Shown here: positions 8,362 through 17,704 of the stretch, piece by piece
How the letters are laid out: every line of letters starts with the position of its first letter
How positions within the stretch are numbered: the stretch's first letter is position 1
Assembly (NCBI GenBank): GCA_027064125.1
Contig: JAMOQF010000065.1
Span: 1 to 53,370, forward strand
DNA: 53,370 nt
Origin: Acidobacteriota bacterium
Lineage (GTDB): Bacteria > Acidobacteriota > JAAYUB01 > JAMOQF01
Direction of reading: 5' to 3'
Program-made: the position numbers and the translations under genes
The notes under the pieces: generated by a model
Databases searched by the model: none
What the model saw: the letters and a program-made list of their open reading frames with translations, nothing else
Told to the model about the DNA's origin: nothing

Positions 8362-10023
8362 ATGAGAGAAGAATATAGAGAGTGGTTGTTTAGACACAGA
8401 ATTTCAATTTTAATTTTTGCGGTAATAATAGGATTTTTCTTTAGAATTTATAATTTAAATTATGTAGGTTTTGCAGAAGATGAAGTCAATAAGATAAATG
8501 CTGTTGAGAAGTATTTAAAGGGTGATTTTACCCCAAATGCAGAACACCCAATGTTGATGAAGAATCTGATTCTTGTATCGGTTGTAGTTTCAAGGTATTA
8601 CAACGAAAATATTGCCCCTAAGTTAAATGTAAGAAAGATCCCCATAGAAGTTGCTGTTAGATTCCCCAATGTACTTTTTGGTGCTTTAACTGCAATTTGT
8701 ATATACCTACTTGCCTTTTCTTTCTTTGATATTGAAGTGGCGTTACTTTCTGCCCTTCTGTGGGCAACTGGAATAAATGCCATAATGATAAATAGGATTG
8801 CCAAAGAAGATACCCTGATGGTATTTTTTATCTTACTTGGATTTTATTTTCACAGGAGATTTAAAACTGCAAAACCTGAATTTAAGAGAAAATTTTATTA
8901 TCTTTCAGCGGCATCCTTTGGGGCAATGCTCAGTGCCAAATATTTTCCCCACTATCTGGGGTTAAATTTTCTTTTTTATGCCATTCATCGGAAGATAAAT
9001 CCTTCGGAATATATTGATGATCACTACACTTTTAAAGACCTTGTGAAGTATTTTGTGGTATTTAGCCTTGTATTTTTTGCTTTAAACCCTATGATCTTAA
9101 GTCCAGAGGTTCTAAAGTACATTATTTTTTATACCCATGAAGGAACTATGGTGCATCATGGCTATTACATGTTGAACCACCTCTATTTTAACGATGTTTC
9201 CAGGACTCCCTTTAACGGGACTCCATGGTATTTCTATCTTTTGTATATTTTTGTGAAATTTCCAACAATTATTTTAATTGCTTTAATCGTTGGGCTTGTG
9301 TTTTGTGTGAAGGATTGGAGAAAAGGTGGAAATTTTTTGATACTATTTCTTCTCTTTTTCTGGTTGGTCCCCTATTCCCTTTTTGGTGTGAAGTTTTGCA
9401 GGTATACATTGAGTTTACTTCCTCCCATATATATGGCAGCAGCCATCGGAGTGGCCAAAATTTTTGAAGCGGTTAAAAATTACGTGGATGAGGGTTTTTT
9501 AAATCTTCAGAAGGTAAAGATATCTTTTATCATTCCCATTTTATATGTAATTTTGCCCCTTACATCTTTAATTGTTTCAAATCCCTTCTATTCCCTATAT
9601 GTGAATTTTATAGGTGGTGGAAAGAAAAACATTGGTTATTTTTTCCCCCATGATGAATTTTATGACCTTGACCTCAGAGAAGCCATAAGAAGAACCGTTG
9701 AAATTGCTCCCACTGGTTCAGTTATAGCTGGTGAGACTCCCGCTGTTTTTGAATTTTACTTAAAAAAGTTTCACAGAGAAGATATGAAGGTTGTGGAACT
9801 ATCTGATAAAAATGGTGTGGTGGAGGAAAACAGGATTGTATTTGTTATACTTCAACCAGGTAGGATGTACTTTGAAAATTTACCTTTTTATAGACATTTA
9901 TGGGGGAAAAAGAATCCAGTTGTGACAGTAAAAGTTATGGGAAAAGATGCAATAAATATCTATAAAATTTCCGGAGAAGAATACATGAAATACGCTTCGG
10001 AAAGGGAATTCCCGGGGGATTAA
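8362..10023 (+). CDS. GT-C fold membrane glycosyltransferase (ArnT/PMT, family 39/83-like)
   Basis: Multi-TM; EDE acidic motif after TM1, EHPML, RFPNVLFG, RYTL. Confidence 0.8.
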   Translation: MREEYREWLFRHRISILIFAVIIGFFFRIYNLNYVGFAEDEVNKINAVEKYLKGDFTPNAEHPMLMKNLILVSVVVSRYYNENIAPKLNVRKIPIEVAVRFPNVLFGALTAICIYLLAFSFFDIEVALLSALLWATGINAIMINRIAKEDTLMVFFILLGFYFHRRFKTAKPEFKRKFYYLSAASFGAMLSAKYFPHYLGLNFLFYAIHRKINPSEYIDDHYTFKDLVKYFVVFSLVFFALNPMILSPEVLKYIIFYTHEGTMVHHGYYMLNHLYFNDVSRTPFNGTPWYFYLLYIFVKFPTIILIALIVGLVFCVKDWRKGGNFLILFLLFFWLVPYSLFGVKFCRYTLSLLPPIYMAAAIGVAKIFEAVKNYVDEGFLNLQKVKISFIIPILYVILPLTSLIVSNPFYSLYVNFIGGGKKNIGYFFPHDEFYDLDLREAIRRTVEIAPTGSVIAGETPAVFEFYLKKFHREDMKVVELSDKNGVVEENRIVFVILQPGRMYFENLPFYRHLWGKKNPVVTVKVMGKDAINIYKISGEEYMKYASEREFPGD

Positions 10024-10031
10024 GTAATTCA

Positions 10032-10880
10032 ATGGAAAAATTTTTAATTGTAAATGGTGATGATTTTGGTTGTTGTAAAGGAGTAAATGAAGGGATAATA
10101 CTTGCCCATAAAAAGGGAATACTTTCAAGTACAACAATTTTAACTGGTGGGGAGGCTTTTTATGATGCGGTAAAACTGGCACGTGAAAATCCCAAACTCT
10201 CTGTGGGGTTGCATGTGTGTCTTTTAAAGTGTAAACCTACACTGCCTTTTGAGAAGATACCATCTCTTGTAGATGAAAAAAGTGGAAAATTTCATCCAAC
10301 ACTTACATCTTTTTTAAAGGCATATTCAATGGGGAAGATAGATAAGGAAGATATTTATAAGGAAGTAGAGGCTCAATTTGAAAAACTTTTTGACAGTGGA
10401 ATTACCCCCTCTCACTTTGATGCCCATAAGCACTCCTTTATATTTCCACCTGTGAGAAAAATAGTATTTGATGTGGCTGAAAAATTTGGAGTTAAAGTTG
10501 CGAGATTTCCCTTTGAAAGAAAAAAATATATCTATGGATTTTCTTCGCTGCCATTTTATTCTGTGGACGTTTTTAAATATTTATTTAAGAGGGATGTTGA
10601 AAAAAGAGGTTTTTTGACTCCTCAAAATTTTTTTGGGCTTGTAAAAACAGGTAAGTGGAGTAAAGAGATACTTTTTAGGATGATTGAAAATATGAGAGAA
10701 GGGATAAATGAACTTATGACGCATCCCGGAATATATGATGAGAGTCTGGAAAAAAATGAGACAAGGTTAAAAAAAGAAAGGGAAGTGGAGTTGAAATTAC
10801 TAATGAATGGGGAGATAATATCCTTTTTGGAGAAAAAAAATGTTAAAATAGTTTCTTATAGAATTTTTGAGGAGATTTAA
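10032..10880 (+). CDS. ChbG/HpnK (YdjC) family carbohydrate deacetylase
   Basis: LIVNGDDFG, GLH, HFDAHKH, ELMTHPG, REVEL. Confidence 0.92.
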   Translation: MEKFLIVNGDDFGCCKGVNEGIILAHKKGILSSTTILTGGEAFYDAVKLARENPKLSVGLHVCLLKCKPTLPFEKIPSLVDEKSGKFHPTLTSFLKAYSMGKIDKEDIYKEVEAQFEKLFDSGITPSHFDAHKHSFIFPPVRKIVFDVAEKFGVKVARFPFERKKYIYGFSSLPFYSVDVFKYLFKRDVEKRGFLTPQNFFGLVKTGKWSKEILFRMIENMREGINELMTHPGIYDESLEKNETRLKKEREVELKLLMNGEIISFLEKKNVKIVSYRIFEEI

Positions 10881-11883
10881 ATTGCTTACAGATAAAAAAA
10901 TTTCAATAGTTGTTCCTTTTCACAATGAAGAGGAAAATGTCCCCATATTGTATGGTGAAATTGTGGAGGTTATGAAAGAAGTCTCTCCAAATTATGAGAT
11001 GGTCTTTGTAGATGACAAGAGTACCGATAATACGGTAAATGTGATAAAAGATATAATAGAGAAGGATGAAAGGGTTAAACTTGTTAAATTGAGGAGAAAT
11101 TTTGGACAGACAGGGGCCCTTGCCGCTGGTTTTGACTATGCAACAGGGGAAATAATTATTTCCATGGATGGGGATTTACAGCATGATCCTTCAGATATTC
11201 CAAATTTACTTAAGTATGTTCTTGATGGATATGATATTGCTTCAGGCTGGAGAAAGAATAGAATAGATCCCTTTTTATCCAGGAAACTTCCCTCCAAAAT
11301 TGCCAACTGGATAATGGCTAAATTTTCAGGGGTTGAACTTCACGATTTTGGTACAACCTTTAAAGCCTATAAAAGTGAAGTTATTTCAAATGTAAGACTG
11401 TATGGGGAATTACATAGATTTATTCCTGCACTTGCGACTCTCTATGGGGCTGAAATAATTGAGGTACCAATTAAAAACAGAAAGAGGAAGTATGGGAAAT
11501 CACATTACAACATAATGAGGACCTTCAGGGTGATTTTTGATCTCTTCACAATAAGGTTTCTTATCAAATATATTACAAGGCCATTGCACTTTTTTGGGCT
11601 TCCCGGACTTTTCTGTATTTTTTCCGGGGGTGGGATAGGAACTTTTCTTCTCATAAAAAAAATTGTAACTCATGGGGATATTTTTGCTATTCATGGACCG
11701 CTTCTAATACTTGCAATTCTTTTAATACTTGCTGGAATACAACTTTTCAGTATAGGTCTGTTAGGAGAAATGCTTACAAGAACCTATTTTGAATCAAGTG
11801 ATAAAAGGATCTACACGGTACATGAGATAATAACCAGGGAAAAAATTTTAAAGGAAAAAAGTTCAAAAAAAATTGAAAATTAG
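10867..11883 (+). CDS. GT2 polyprenyl-phosphate glycosyltransferase (ArnC-like) with two C-terminal TM helices
   Basis: SIVVPFHNEEEN, VDDKSTD, RNFGQ, MDGDLQHDP, GELHRFIP; start codon uncertain (TTG). Confidence 0.9.
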   Translation: MRRFKLLTDKKISIVVPFHNEEENVPILYGEIVEVMKEVSPNYEMVFVDDKSTDNTVNVIKDIIEKDERVKLVKLRRNFGQTGALAAGFDYATGEIIISMDGDLQHDPSDIPNLLKYVLDGYDIASGWRKNRIDPFLSRKLPSKIANWIMAKFSGVELHDFGTTFKAYKSEVISNVRLYGELHRFIPALATLYGAEIIEVPIKNRKRKYGKSHYNIMRTFRVIFDLFTIRFLIKYITRPLHFFGLPGLFCIFSGGGIGTFLLIKKIVTHGDIFAIHGPLLILAILLILAGIQLFSIGLLGEMLTRTYFESSDKRIYTVHEIITREKILKEKSSKKIEN

Positions 11884-11923
11884 TGTATAATTTAAATGTA
11901 TAAATTTATAAGGAGTAAGAGAG

Positions 11924-12514
11924 ATGAAAATCTCAGAAAAAGGCTTTTCAGTTTCAGAGGCTTTAATTGTGGTGATAATTATAGGTATTTTGGCAGTTGT
12001 TGGAATACCCATATTTAATTCCAGTTTAAATGCGTCGAAATTGAAAGCAGGAAGCGCTATTTTAAGTAGTGCCCTTTCATATGCGAAGATGGGAGCCACT
12101 AAAAATAACTGTTATTACTTTGTGATTTTTGAAAAGACAGGGGATAAGTATAACAAAATAGTGATATATAGGGACACCAATTCCAATTTTATAGGAGATC
12201 CAGATGATAAGACTGTATATGATTCCCAGAGTGAAACTTATGTAGAATCAGATCCTGTAGAAAGGGTATTGACTTTACCAGAGGGTCTGGAATTTGTGTT
12301 ACATGGAAGCCATTGTTATTTAAGACCTTATAGTTTTTTGCCTTCAAATATTAAGGCTATTATTTTTAAGCCGGATGGTACACTTTTACCTGCAGATCCT
12401 GCGAGGCAGTCAACAGTTGGTATTAAAATTTCAGATACAACTACAATTTCCAATGATACCCTTGCAAGATACTTGATTACAAACATTGGAGTGGCTGAGT
12501 ATCATCCTTTTTAA
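11924..12514 (+). CDS. Prepilin-type (GspH/FimT-like) minor pilin/pseudopilin
   Basis: Class III signal KG|FSVSE with Glu+5 and hydrophobic helix; C-terminal IIFKPDGT. Confidence 0.8.
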   Translation: MKISEKGFSVSEALIVVIIIGILAVVGIPIFNSSLNASKLKAGSAILSSALSYAKMGATKNNCYYFVIFEKTGDKYNKIVIYRDTNSNFIGDPDDKTVYDSQSETYVESDPVERVLTLPEGLEFVLHGSHCYLRPYSFLPSNIKAIIFKPDGTLLPADPARQSTVGIKISDTTTISNDTLARYLITNIGVAEYHPF

Positions 12515-12768
12515 TTTGGTGATTGTTTTACTTAAAATGTGCTTTAGGCCTCTTTCAGTAAAAGGTTGAATAAAAAAGTGCTATAGGTAACAATTTATCC
12601 GATATGTGGAATGAGGGCTGGATTTTAAACTGAATTATGGGGTTATCATTTTCTATATTTCCTTTTCCTTTAGTTTCAACTTATTTTGGTGGTTGAGCGT
12701 AGTAAAAGAGTTTAGGTGGGAAAATCTGCAAAAAAGATTGAAAGTTAATAGTTGAGTAAAAGATTTTT

Positions 12769-12816
12769 TGCCTGACACCTTTGATTTTTATTTTATTTTG
12801 CCTGGCACCTTTTTCA
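12769..12816 (+). repeat. REP-like two-motif element (TGCCTGACACC 12769-12779; TGCCTGGCACC 12799-12809)
   Basis: Matches 15-70 including the TTGATTTTTATT spacer and trailing T-run followed by CA. Confidence 0.8.
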
Positions 12817-12883
12817 CTATCTCACCACATGATTTTTGGTATGGGAATAATCCTTATAATGAATTCTATAAGGGCAGCGTAGT

Positions 12884-13885
12884 TCACTTTATTATTCCTC
12901 CCCCAATCAGGTCACCTTCGGGAGTGTAAAACACGGCACTCTGTCCTGGTGTGATGGATAGTTGTGGGTCAAGGAATTTAACCACACAAATTTTATTTTG
13001 CACCCTCACCTTTCCCCTTTTTTCTTTAAATTGTGATCTTATTTTTATGAAGCAATTAAATTCTTCTGGTGGGTTTTCCCACAATATCCAGTTGCAGCAT
13101 GAGACCTCGAATTCACTTTTTAAAAGATCTGCCTTATCCCCTAAAATTACGCTATTTTTTTGTCCATCTATCTTTACTACATAAAGTGGCTTTCCAAGGG
13201 AGACTCCAAGTCCCCTCCTTTGCCCAATTGTATAATTCCATATGCCGTTATGTTTTCCCACTGTCTTTCCTTCATATATTATTTCCCCTTCTTTTTCTGG
13301 AATCCCCCTTTTTTTTAAAAACTCTCTATAATCACTTGTTACAAAACATATTTCCTGGCTTTCGCTATATCCTGCCTCTTTACTTTTTACTGTTTTTCCA
13401 AGCGGGAAAAGAGTTTTAGATAAAATTTCCTGGGGCAATCTGTAAAGAAAATAACTTTGATCCTTTTTTTCATAAAATGCCTTTCTTATCACATATCTTT
13501 TTTCCTTTAGATTAAAATAGATATCTGCAAAATGACCTGTCGCAATAAATTTTATTCCAAGTTTTTTTGAATACTCATTTAAGTGGTGAAATTTAATTTT
13601 TTCATTGCAATAAATACATGGGGATGGGGTTTTTCCAGAGAGATACTCTCTTATAAAATATTTTTTTATCTTTTCCTCAAATACATTGCTTACATCAATT
13701 ATTTCATGTTTAATTTCCTCTTTTTTACAAATTTTCTTTGCCCTTTCAAGATTTTTTCTGTCCATTTCTGAGTAGTTGTTAAAGATCATTGTAAGGGCTA
13801 TAACCTCAAAATTTGCCTCTTTTAGGATTTTAAGTGCAAGTTGACTGTCCTTTCCACCGCTTAGTCCAAGTAAAACTTTTTCCAT
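12884..13885 (-). CDS. mnmA: tRNA-specific 2-thiouridylase MnmA
   Basis: SGGKDS, TPSPCIYCN, ATGH, KDQSYFL, SQEICF, YTIGQRRGL, ITPGQSAVFY. Confidence 0.95.
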   Translation of the reverse strand: MEKVLLGLSGGKDSQLALKILKEANFEVIALTMIFNNYSEMDRKNLERAKKICKKEEIKHEIIDVSNVFEEKIKKYFIREYLSGKTPSPCIYCNEKIKFHHLNEYSKKLGIKFIATGHFADIYFNLKEKRYVIRKAFYEKKDQSYFLYRLPQEILSKTLFPLGKTVKSKEAGYSESQEICFVTSDYREFLKKRGIPEKEGEIIYEGKTVGKHNGIWNYTIGQRRGLGVSLGKPLYVVKIDGQKNSVILGDKADLLKSEFEVSCCNWILWENPPEEFNCFIKIRSQFKEKRGKVRVQNKICVVKFLDPQLSITPGQSAVFYTPEGDLIGGGIIK

Positions 13886-13939
13886 TTTTTTGAATCAAAA
13901 TTCCTTTGAATTTTAAAATTCATTTTACTAAACTACACT

Positions 13940-14686
13940 ATGGCATTGAAAGGGAAAAAAGTTGTAATTACAAGGGATATTGAAGGTGGAAGGGAATTTT
14001 CTAAAATGGTATCCAGTAAAGGGGGGATTCCCATTTTATTTCCAGTAATAGAGTTTAAAGAGAATTTTTCGGAAGATAAAGTTTTCTTAAATGAGATATC
14101 CACCTTTGACATTTTTATCTTTCCCTCTAAAAATAGTGTGAAATATTTTTTCAATAAGATCCTGCCTGAAAAAATTTTTAAAAAAAGGATTTTTGCGGTG
14201 GGTAATAGGACCAGGAAAGAACTTCTTATGAGGGGTTTGTCAGTGGAGGAACTGCCTGAAGAATATACCGGTAGTAGTCTTTCCAGTAAAATAAGGGAAA
14301 CATCGGATTTAAAGGGTAAAAAAATTTTAATACCTTCTTCAAATATTGCCAGAAGAGAAAATTATTATGTTCTGGAAAAAAGTGGGGGTAGGTTATATTT
14401 CTGGACGGTTTACTTGAACTTAAAGAAAAAATTTAATCATGAAGAGGTAGAAGATGTTTTAAATTCACACTACATAACATTTTTTTCTCCTTCCGCCGTG
14501 AGCAACTTTTTTGAAATTGTGAAACCGGAAAAATTCAAAGGGGAAAAAGCTCCCAGATTGGTTTCAATAGGTCCCACCACTTCAAAGAAATTGAGGGATA
14601 TTGGAATTTATGAATTTTTACAGGCAAGGGTTTACAATTCTGGGGGGGTGATTGCCATTATGGAGGAAGACTCTGTCTCTTTTTGA
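13940..14686 (+). CDS. hemD: Uroporphyrinogen-III synthase
   Basis: LKGKKVVITR, IFPSKNSV, FAVG, FFSPSAV, SIGPTT. Confidence 0.85.
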   Translation: MALKGKKVVITRDIEGGREFSKMVSSKGGIPILFPVIEFKENFSEDKVFLNEISTFDIFIFPSKNSVKYFFNKILPEKIFKKRIFAVGNRTRKELLMRGLSVEELPEEYTGSSLSSKIRETSDLKGKKILIPSSNIARRENYYVLEKSGGRLYFWTVYLNLKKKFNHEEVEDVLNSHYITFFSPSAVSNFFEIVKPEKFKGEKAPRLVSIGPTTSKKLRDIGIYEFLQARVYNSGGVIAIMEEDSVSF

Positions 14687-14720
14687 GACAGTAAAATATT
14701 TAAAGTCTTAAAATGAGACA
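14674..14720. promoter_or_regulatory. Two tandem 17-bp palindromic sites (TGTCTC-N5-GAGACA), putative enhancer-binding-protein sites
   Basis: 14674-14690 has perfect 6-bp arms; 14704-14720 is AGTCTT-N5-GAGACA; 30 bp apart, just upstream of a sigma54 promoter. Confidence 0.65.
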
Positions 14721-14738
14721 TTTATTTCCTCAAAAAGA

Positions 14739-14755
14739 TTGGCATTATGTTTGCT
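14739..14755 (+). promoter_or_regulatory. Sigma54 (-24/-12) promoter
   Basis: TTGGCATTATGTTTGCT with exact GG-N10-GC spacing, 26 bp before ATG 14781. Confidence 0.8.
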
Positions 14756-14780
14756 TAAATATAGTGTTGAGAGGTAGAAG

Positions 14781-15134
14781 ATGAAGGCTGCAGTTATTAC
14801 AAATAATGGGCATGTGGCGGTTAATTTTGATTGCGGGAGTGAGGTGGTAATTTTTAGTTGCGGTGGTGATATTTTAAGGTTTGAAAAGCCCTGGCAACTT
14901 GGGGAATTACTTGAACTTTTAGATTCGCATGGGGTGGAAGTTTTAATATGTGGTGGGATAAAGAAAATGGATTATAGATTTTTTGTTCTGAATGGTATTG
15001 AAGTCATTCCCTGGGTGCGGGGAAGTGAAGAAGAAGTGATTGATGGCTTTTGTGGCGGCTTTTTAAATTCTCCTTCATATTTTATGCCTGGTTGTTTCAG
15101 GCATAGAAGGGGTAGGAGATGGAGAAAATTTTAA
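14781..15134 (+). CDS. NifB/NifX (dinitrogenase FeMo-cofactor biosynthesis-like) family protein
   Basis: MKAAV..VAVNFD, VEVLICGGI, GIEVIPWVRG, MPGC plus Arg-rich tail. Confidence 0.75.
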   Translation: MKAAVITNNGHVAVNFDCGSEVVIFSCGGDILRFEKPWQLGELLELLDSHGVEVLICGGIKKMDYRFFVLNGIEVIPWVRGSEEEVIDGFCGGFLNSPSYFMPGCFRHRRGRRWRKF

Positions 15135-15158
15135 AAATTTATAAATAGGAGGTGAACT

Positions 15159-15500
15159 ATGCCATTTGGTGATAGGACAGGTCCACTTGGAGAAGGACCA
15201 ATGACTGGAAGAAGGGCTGGTTTTTGTACAGGTAATGGTGTTCCCGGGTATATGAATCCCTGGGGAAGAGGATTTGGAAGGGGCTTTTTTGGAAGAGGAA
15301 GAGGATTTTTCGGAAGGGGGAGAGGATTCAGACACATGTTTTATTTAACGGGTGTGCCTGGATGGGCAAGATATGGGTATGTTCCTTATGAAACGGCAGA
15401 TGAAAAGAAACTTCTGGAAAATGAGGCAAAGGCCCTTGAGGAGGAATTGAAGTTGATTAAAAACAGGCTTGAAAAACTTGAAAAGGAGGAAGAAAAATGA
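15159..15500 (+). CDS. DUF5320 family protein
   Basis: MPFGDRTGPLGEGPMTGRRAGFC, GRG repeats, C-terminal coiled coil; AGGAGG RBS. Confidence 0.85.
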   Translation: MPFGDRTGPLGEGPMTGRRAGFCTGNGVPGYMNPWGRGFGRGFFGRGRGFFGRGRGFRHMFYLTGVPGWARYGYVPYETADEKKLLENEAKALEEELKLIKNRLEKLEKEEEK

Positions 15501-15700
15501 TAGGCGGAAGAGGACAGGGCAGTGGAAGTGGAAGAGGACTTGGAAAAGGTGGCGGAAGAGGCAGAATGGGCGGATTTGGACTTGGCCCCGGTGGGTTTTG
15601 TGTGTGCCCCAATTGTGGGGAAAAGGTAAAACATGTACAGGGAACCCCCTGTAATGCAATGAAATGTCCAAAATGTGGAACGGTAATGACAAGGGGATAG
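15497..15700 (+). CDS. Small Gly/Arg-rich protein with Cys-rich metal-binding ribbon
   Basis: GPGGFCVCPNCG...H..GTPC...KCPKCG; ATGA overlap; AGGAGG RBS. Confidence 0.8.
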   Translation: MIGGRGQGSGSGRGLGKGGGRGRMGGFGLGPGGFCVCPNCGEKVKHVQGTPCNAMKCPKCGTVMTRG

Positions 15701-15706
15701 GGATGC

Positions 15707-17704
15707 CTATCCCCTCACCATTTTTAGTAATTTTTCAAGTTCCTTGATCTTTTCTCTTAAAACAATTGCCTCTTCGAATCTATATTGATGTGCAAGTTCC
15801 ATCATTTCCCTTTCAAGTTCTTTGATTGTCTTTTTTATCTCATTTTTGCTTTTTATTTTTCTTATGAGATTTTCAGTTTTTTCTGATATCTCAAGTATTT
15901 TATCTTCTTTTTGCCCTACAAGTAAAAATTTGATGGATTTTTTTATTGTTTTTGGAGTTATGTTGTATTTTTTATTGTATTCGATTTGAATTTTTCTTCT
16001 TCTTAAGGTTTCATCAATTGCCCTTTGCATGGAAGGAGTTATTTTGTCTGCAAACAGTATTACTTTCCCATTTACATTTCTTGCTGCCCTTCCAATTGTT
16101 TGAATTAGAGATGTATATGATCTCAAAAACCCCTCTCTGTCAGCATCAAAGATTAAAATTAGAGATACTTCAGGTAAGTCGAGCCCTTCTCTAAGCAGGT
16201 TTATTCCCACAATGACATCAATTTTGCCTTCCCTTAACTCCTTTAAAATCTTAATGCGTTCAATGGTTTTTATTTCTGAATGCAAATATCTTGCCCTGAT
16301 GCCCACATCTGTAAGAAATTTTGTTAAGTCTTCTGAAAGTTTTTTGGTGAGTGTGGTAATGAGGACCCGCTCTTTTTTTGCCACTCTTTTTTTTATTTCT
16401 GATATTGCCACCTCAATCTGGTTTTCAGTTTTTTTGACCTCTATTTCGGGATCCAGCAGTCCTGTGGGTCTTATAATTAGTTCAAATACATTTTCCCCGG
16501 ACATTTTTCTCTCAAAATCTCCAGGAGTTGCTGAGACAAATAGAACCTGATTTATCCTCTGGAAGAATTCCTCAAAGTTTAAAGGACGGTTATCAAGTGC
16601 TGAGGGGAGTCTAAAACCAAATTCCACAAGGGTTTTTTTACGAGATCTATCTCCTTCATACATTCCTCTTATTTGAGGAACGGTGACATGAGATTCATCT
16701 ATAAATATTAAAAAATCCTCCGGAAAATAGTCAAGAAGTGTAGGTGGGGGCTCCCCCGGTTTTCTGCCTGTGATGTGCCTTGAATAGTTTTCTATACCAT
16801 GGCAGTATCCTGTTTCTCTGAGCATTTCAAGGTCAAAATTTGTCCTTTCAAGTATTCTTTGTGCTTCAATTAGTTTTCCTTCATCCAATAATTTTTTATG
16901 ATACCAGGATAGTTCTTCTTCTATACTTTTTGTAATTTCACTCCACCTTCTCTTTGGAATGACAAAGTGGGTCGCTGGAAAGATAATTACTTCATCTCTT
17001 TCTTCTTTTCTTTTCCCGCTGAGTTTATCTATGGTATAGATACTTTCAATTTCTTCTCCAAAAAAATCAATTCTTATTGCTTCTCCACCTGATGGGGGAT
17101 TGATATCAACTATGTCGCCTCTGATTCTGTACTTTCCCGGCTGTGATTCGTAATCATTTCTTTCATATTGAAGTTCAGTTAATTTTTTGAGTAAATCTTT
17201 TCTCTTTATTGTGTCTCCCACTTTTAGGTGCAGTGTAAGATTGTAGTAAATATCCGGGGAGCCCAGGCCATATATGCAGGAAATACTTGAGACAATTATT
17301 ACATCTCTTCTTTCAAGTAAAGCCATTGTTGCCCTATGCCTCAATCTGTCGATTTCTTCGTTGATTTTTGAATCCTTTTCTATGTATATGTCTTCTGCTG
17401 GCAGGTATGCTTCAGGTTGGTAGTAGTCATAATAACTAACAAAGTATTCAACGGAGTTTTCCGGGAAAAAGTTTTTAAATTCTTGATAGAGTTGAGCGGT
17501 TAGTGTTTTATTGTGGGAAAGGATCAGGGTTGGACGATTTAATTTTTCGATAATATTTGCCATGACAAAGGTTTTCCCGCTCCCTGTTATTCCCACAAGT
17601 GTTTGAAAGGTATTTCCCCTTTTTATGGAATTTACTATTTTTTCGATTACCTCTTTTTGAGGGAGTGTTGGTGAGAAATCTGAAATTAATTTAAAACCCT
17701 TCAC
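15707..17704 (-). CDS. uvrB: Excinuclease ABC subunit B
   Basis: GITGSGKT, HNKTLTAQL, FVSYYDYYQPEAY, DESH, GFRLPSALDNRPL, LLREGLD, QTIGRAARN. Confidence 0.98.
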   Translation of the reverse strand: MKGFKLISDFSPTLPQKEVIEKIVNSIKRGNTFQTLVGITGSGKTFVMANIIEKLNRPTLILSHNKTLTAQLYQEFKNFFPENSVEYFVSYYDYYQPEAYLPAEDIYIEKDSKINEEIDRLRHRATMALLERRDVIIVSSISCIYGLGSPDIYYNLTLHLKVGDTIKRKDLLKKLTELQYERNDYESQPGKYRIRGDIVDINPPSGGEAIRIDFFGEEIESIYTIDKLSGKRKEERDEVIIFPATHFVIPKRRWSEITKSIEEELSWYHKKLLDEGKLIEAQRILERTNFDLEMLRETGYCHGIENYSRHITGRKPGEPPPTLLDYFPEDFLIFIDESHVTVPQIRGMYEGDRSRKKTLVEFGFRLPSALDNRPLNFEEFFQRINQVLFVSATPGDFERKMSGENVFELIIRPTGLLDPEIEVKKTENQIEVAISEIKKRVAKKERVLITTLTKKLSEDLTKFLTDVGIRARYLHSEIKTIERIKILKELREGKIDVIVGINLLREGLDLPEVSLILIFDADREGFLRSYTSLIQTIGRAARNVNGKVILFADKITPSMQRAIDETLRRRKIQIEYNKKYNITPKTIKKSIKFLLVGQKEDKILEISEKTENLIRKIKSKNEIKKTIKELEREMMELAHQYRFEEAIVLREKIKELEKLLKMVRG

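Noticed and set aside
14781-15134. Nitrogen fixation gene
   Set aside because: NifB/NifX-like domains are common in non-diazotrophs; no nifHDK present
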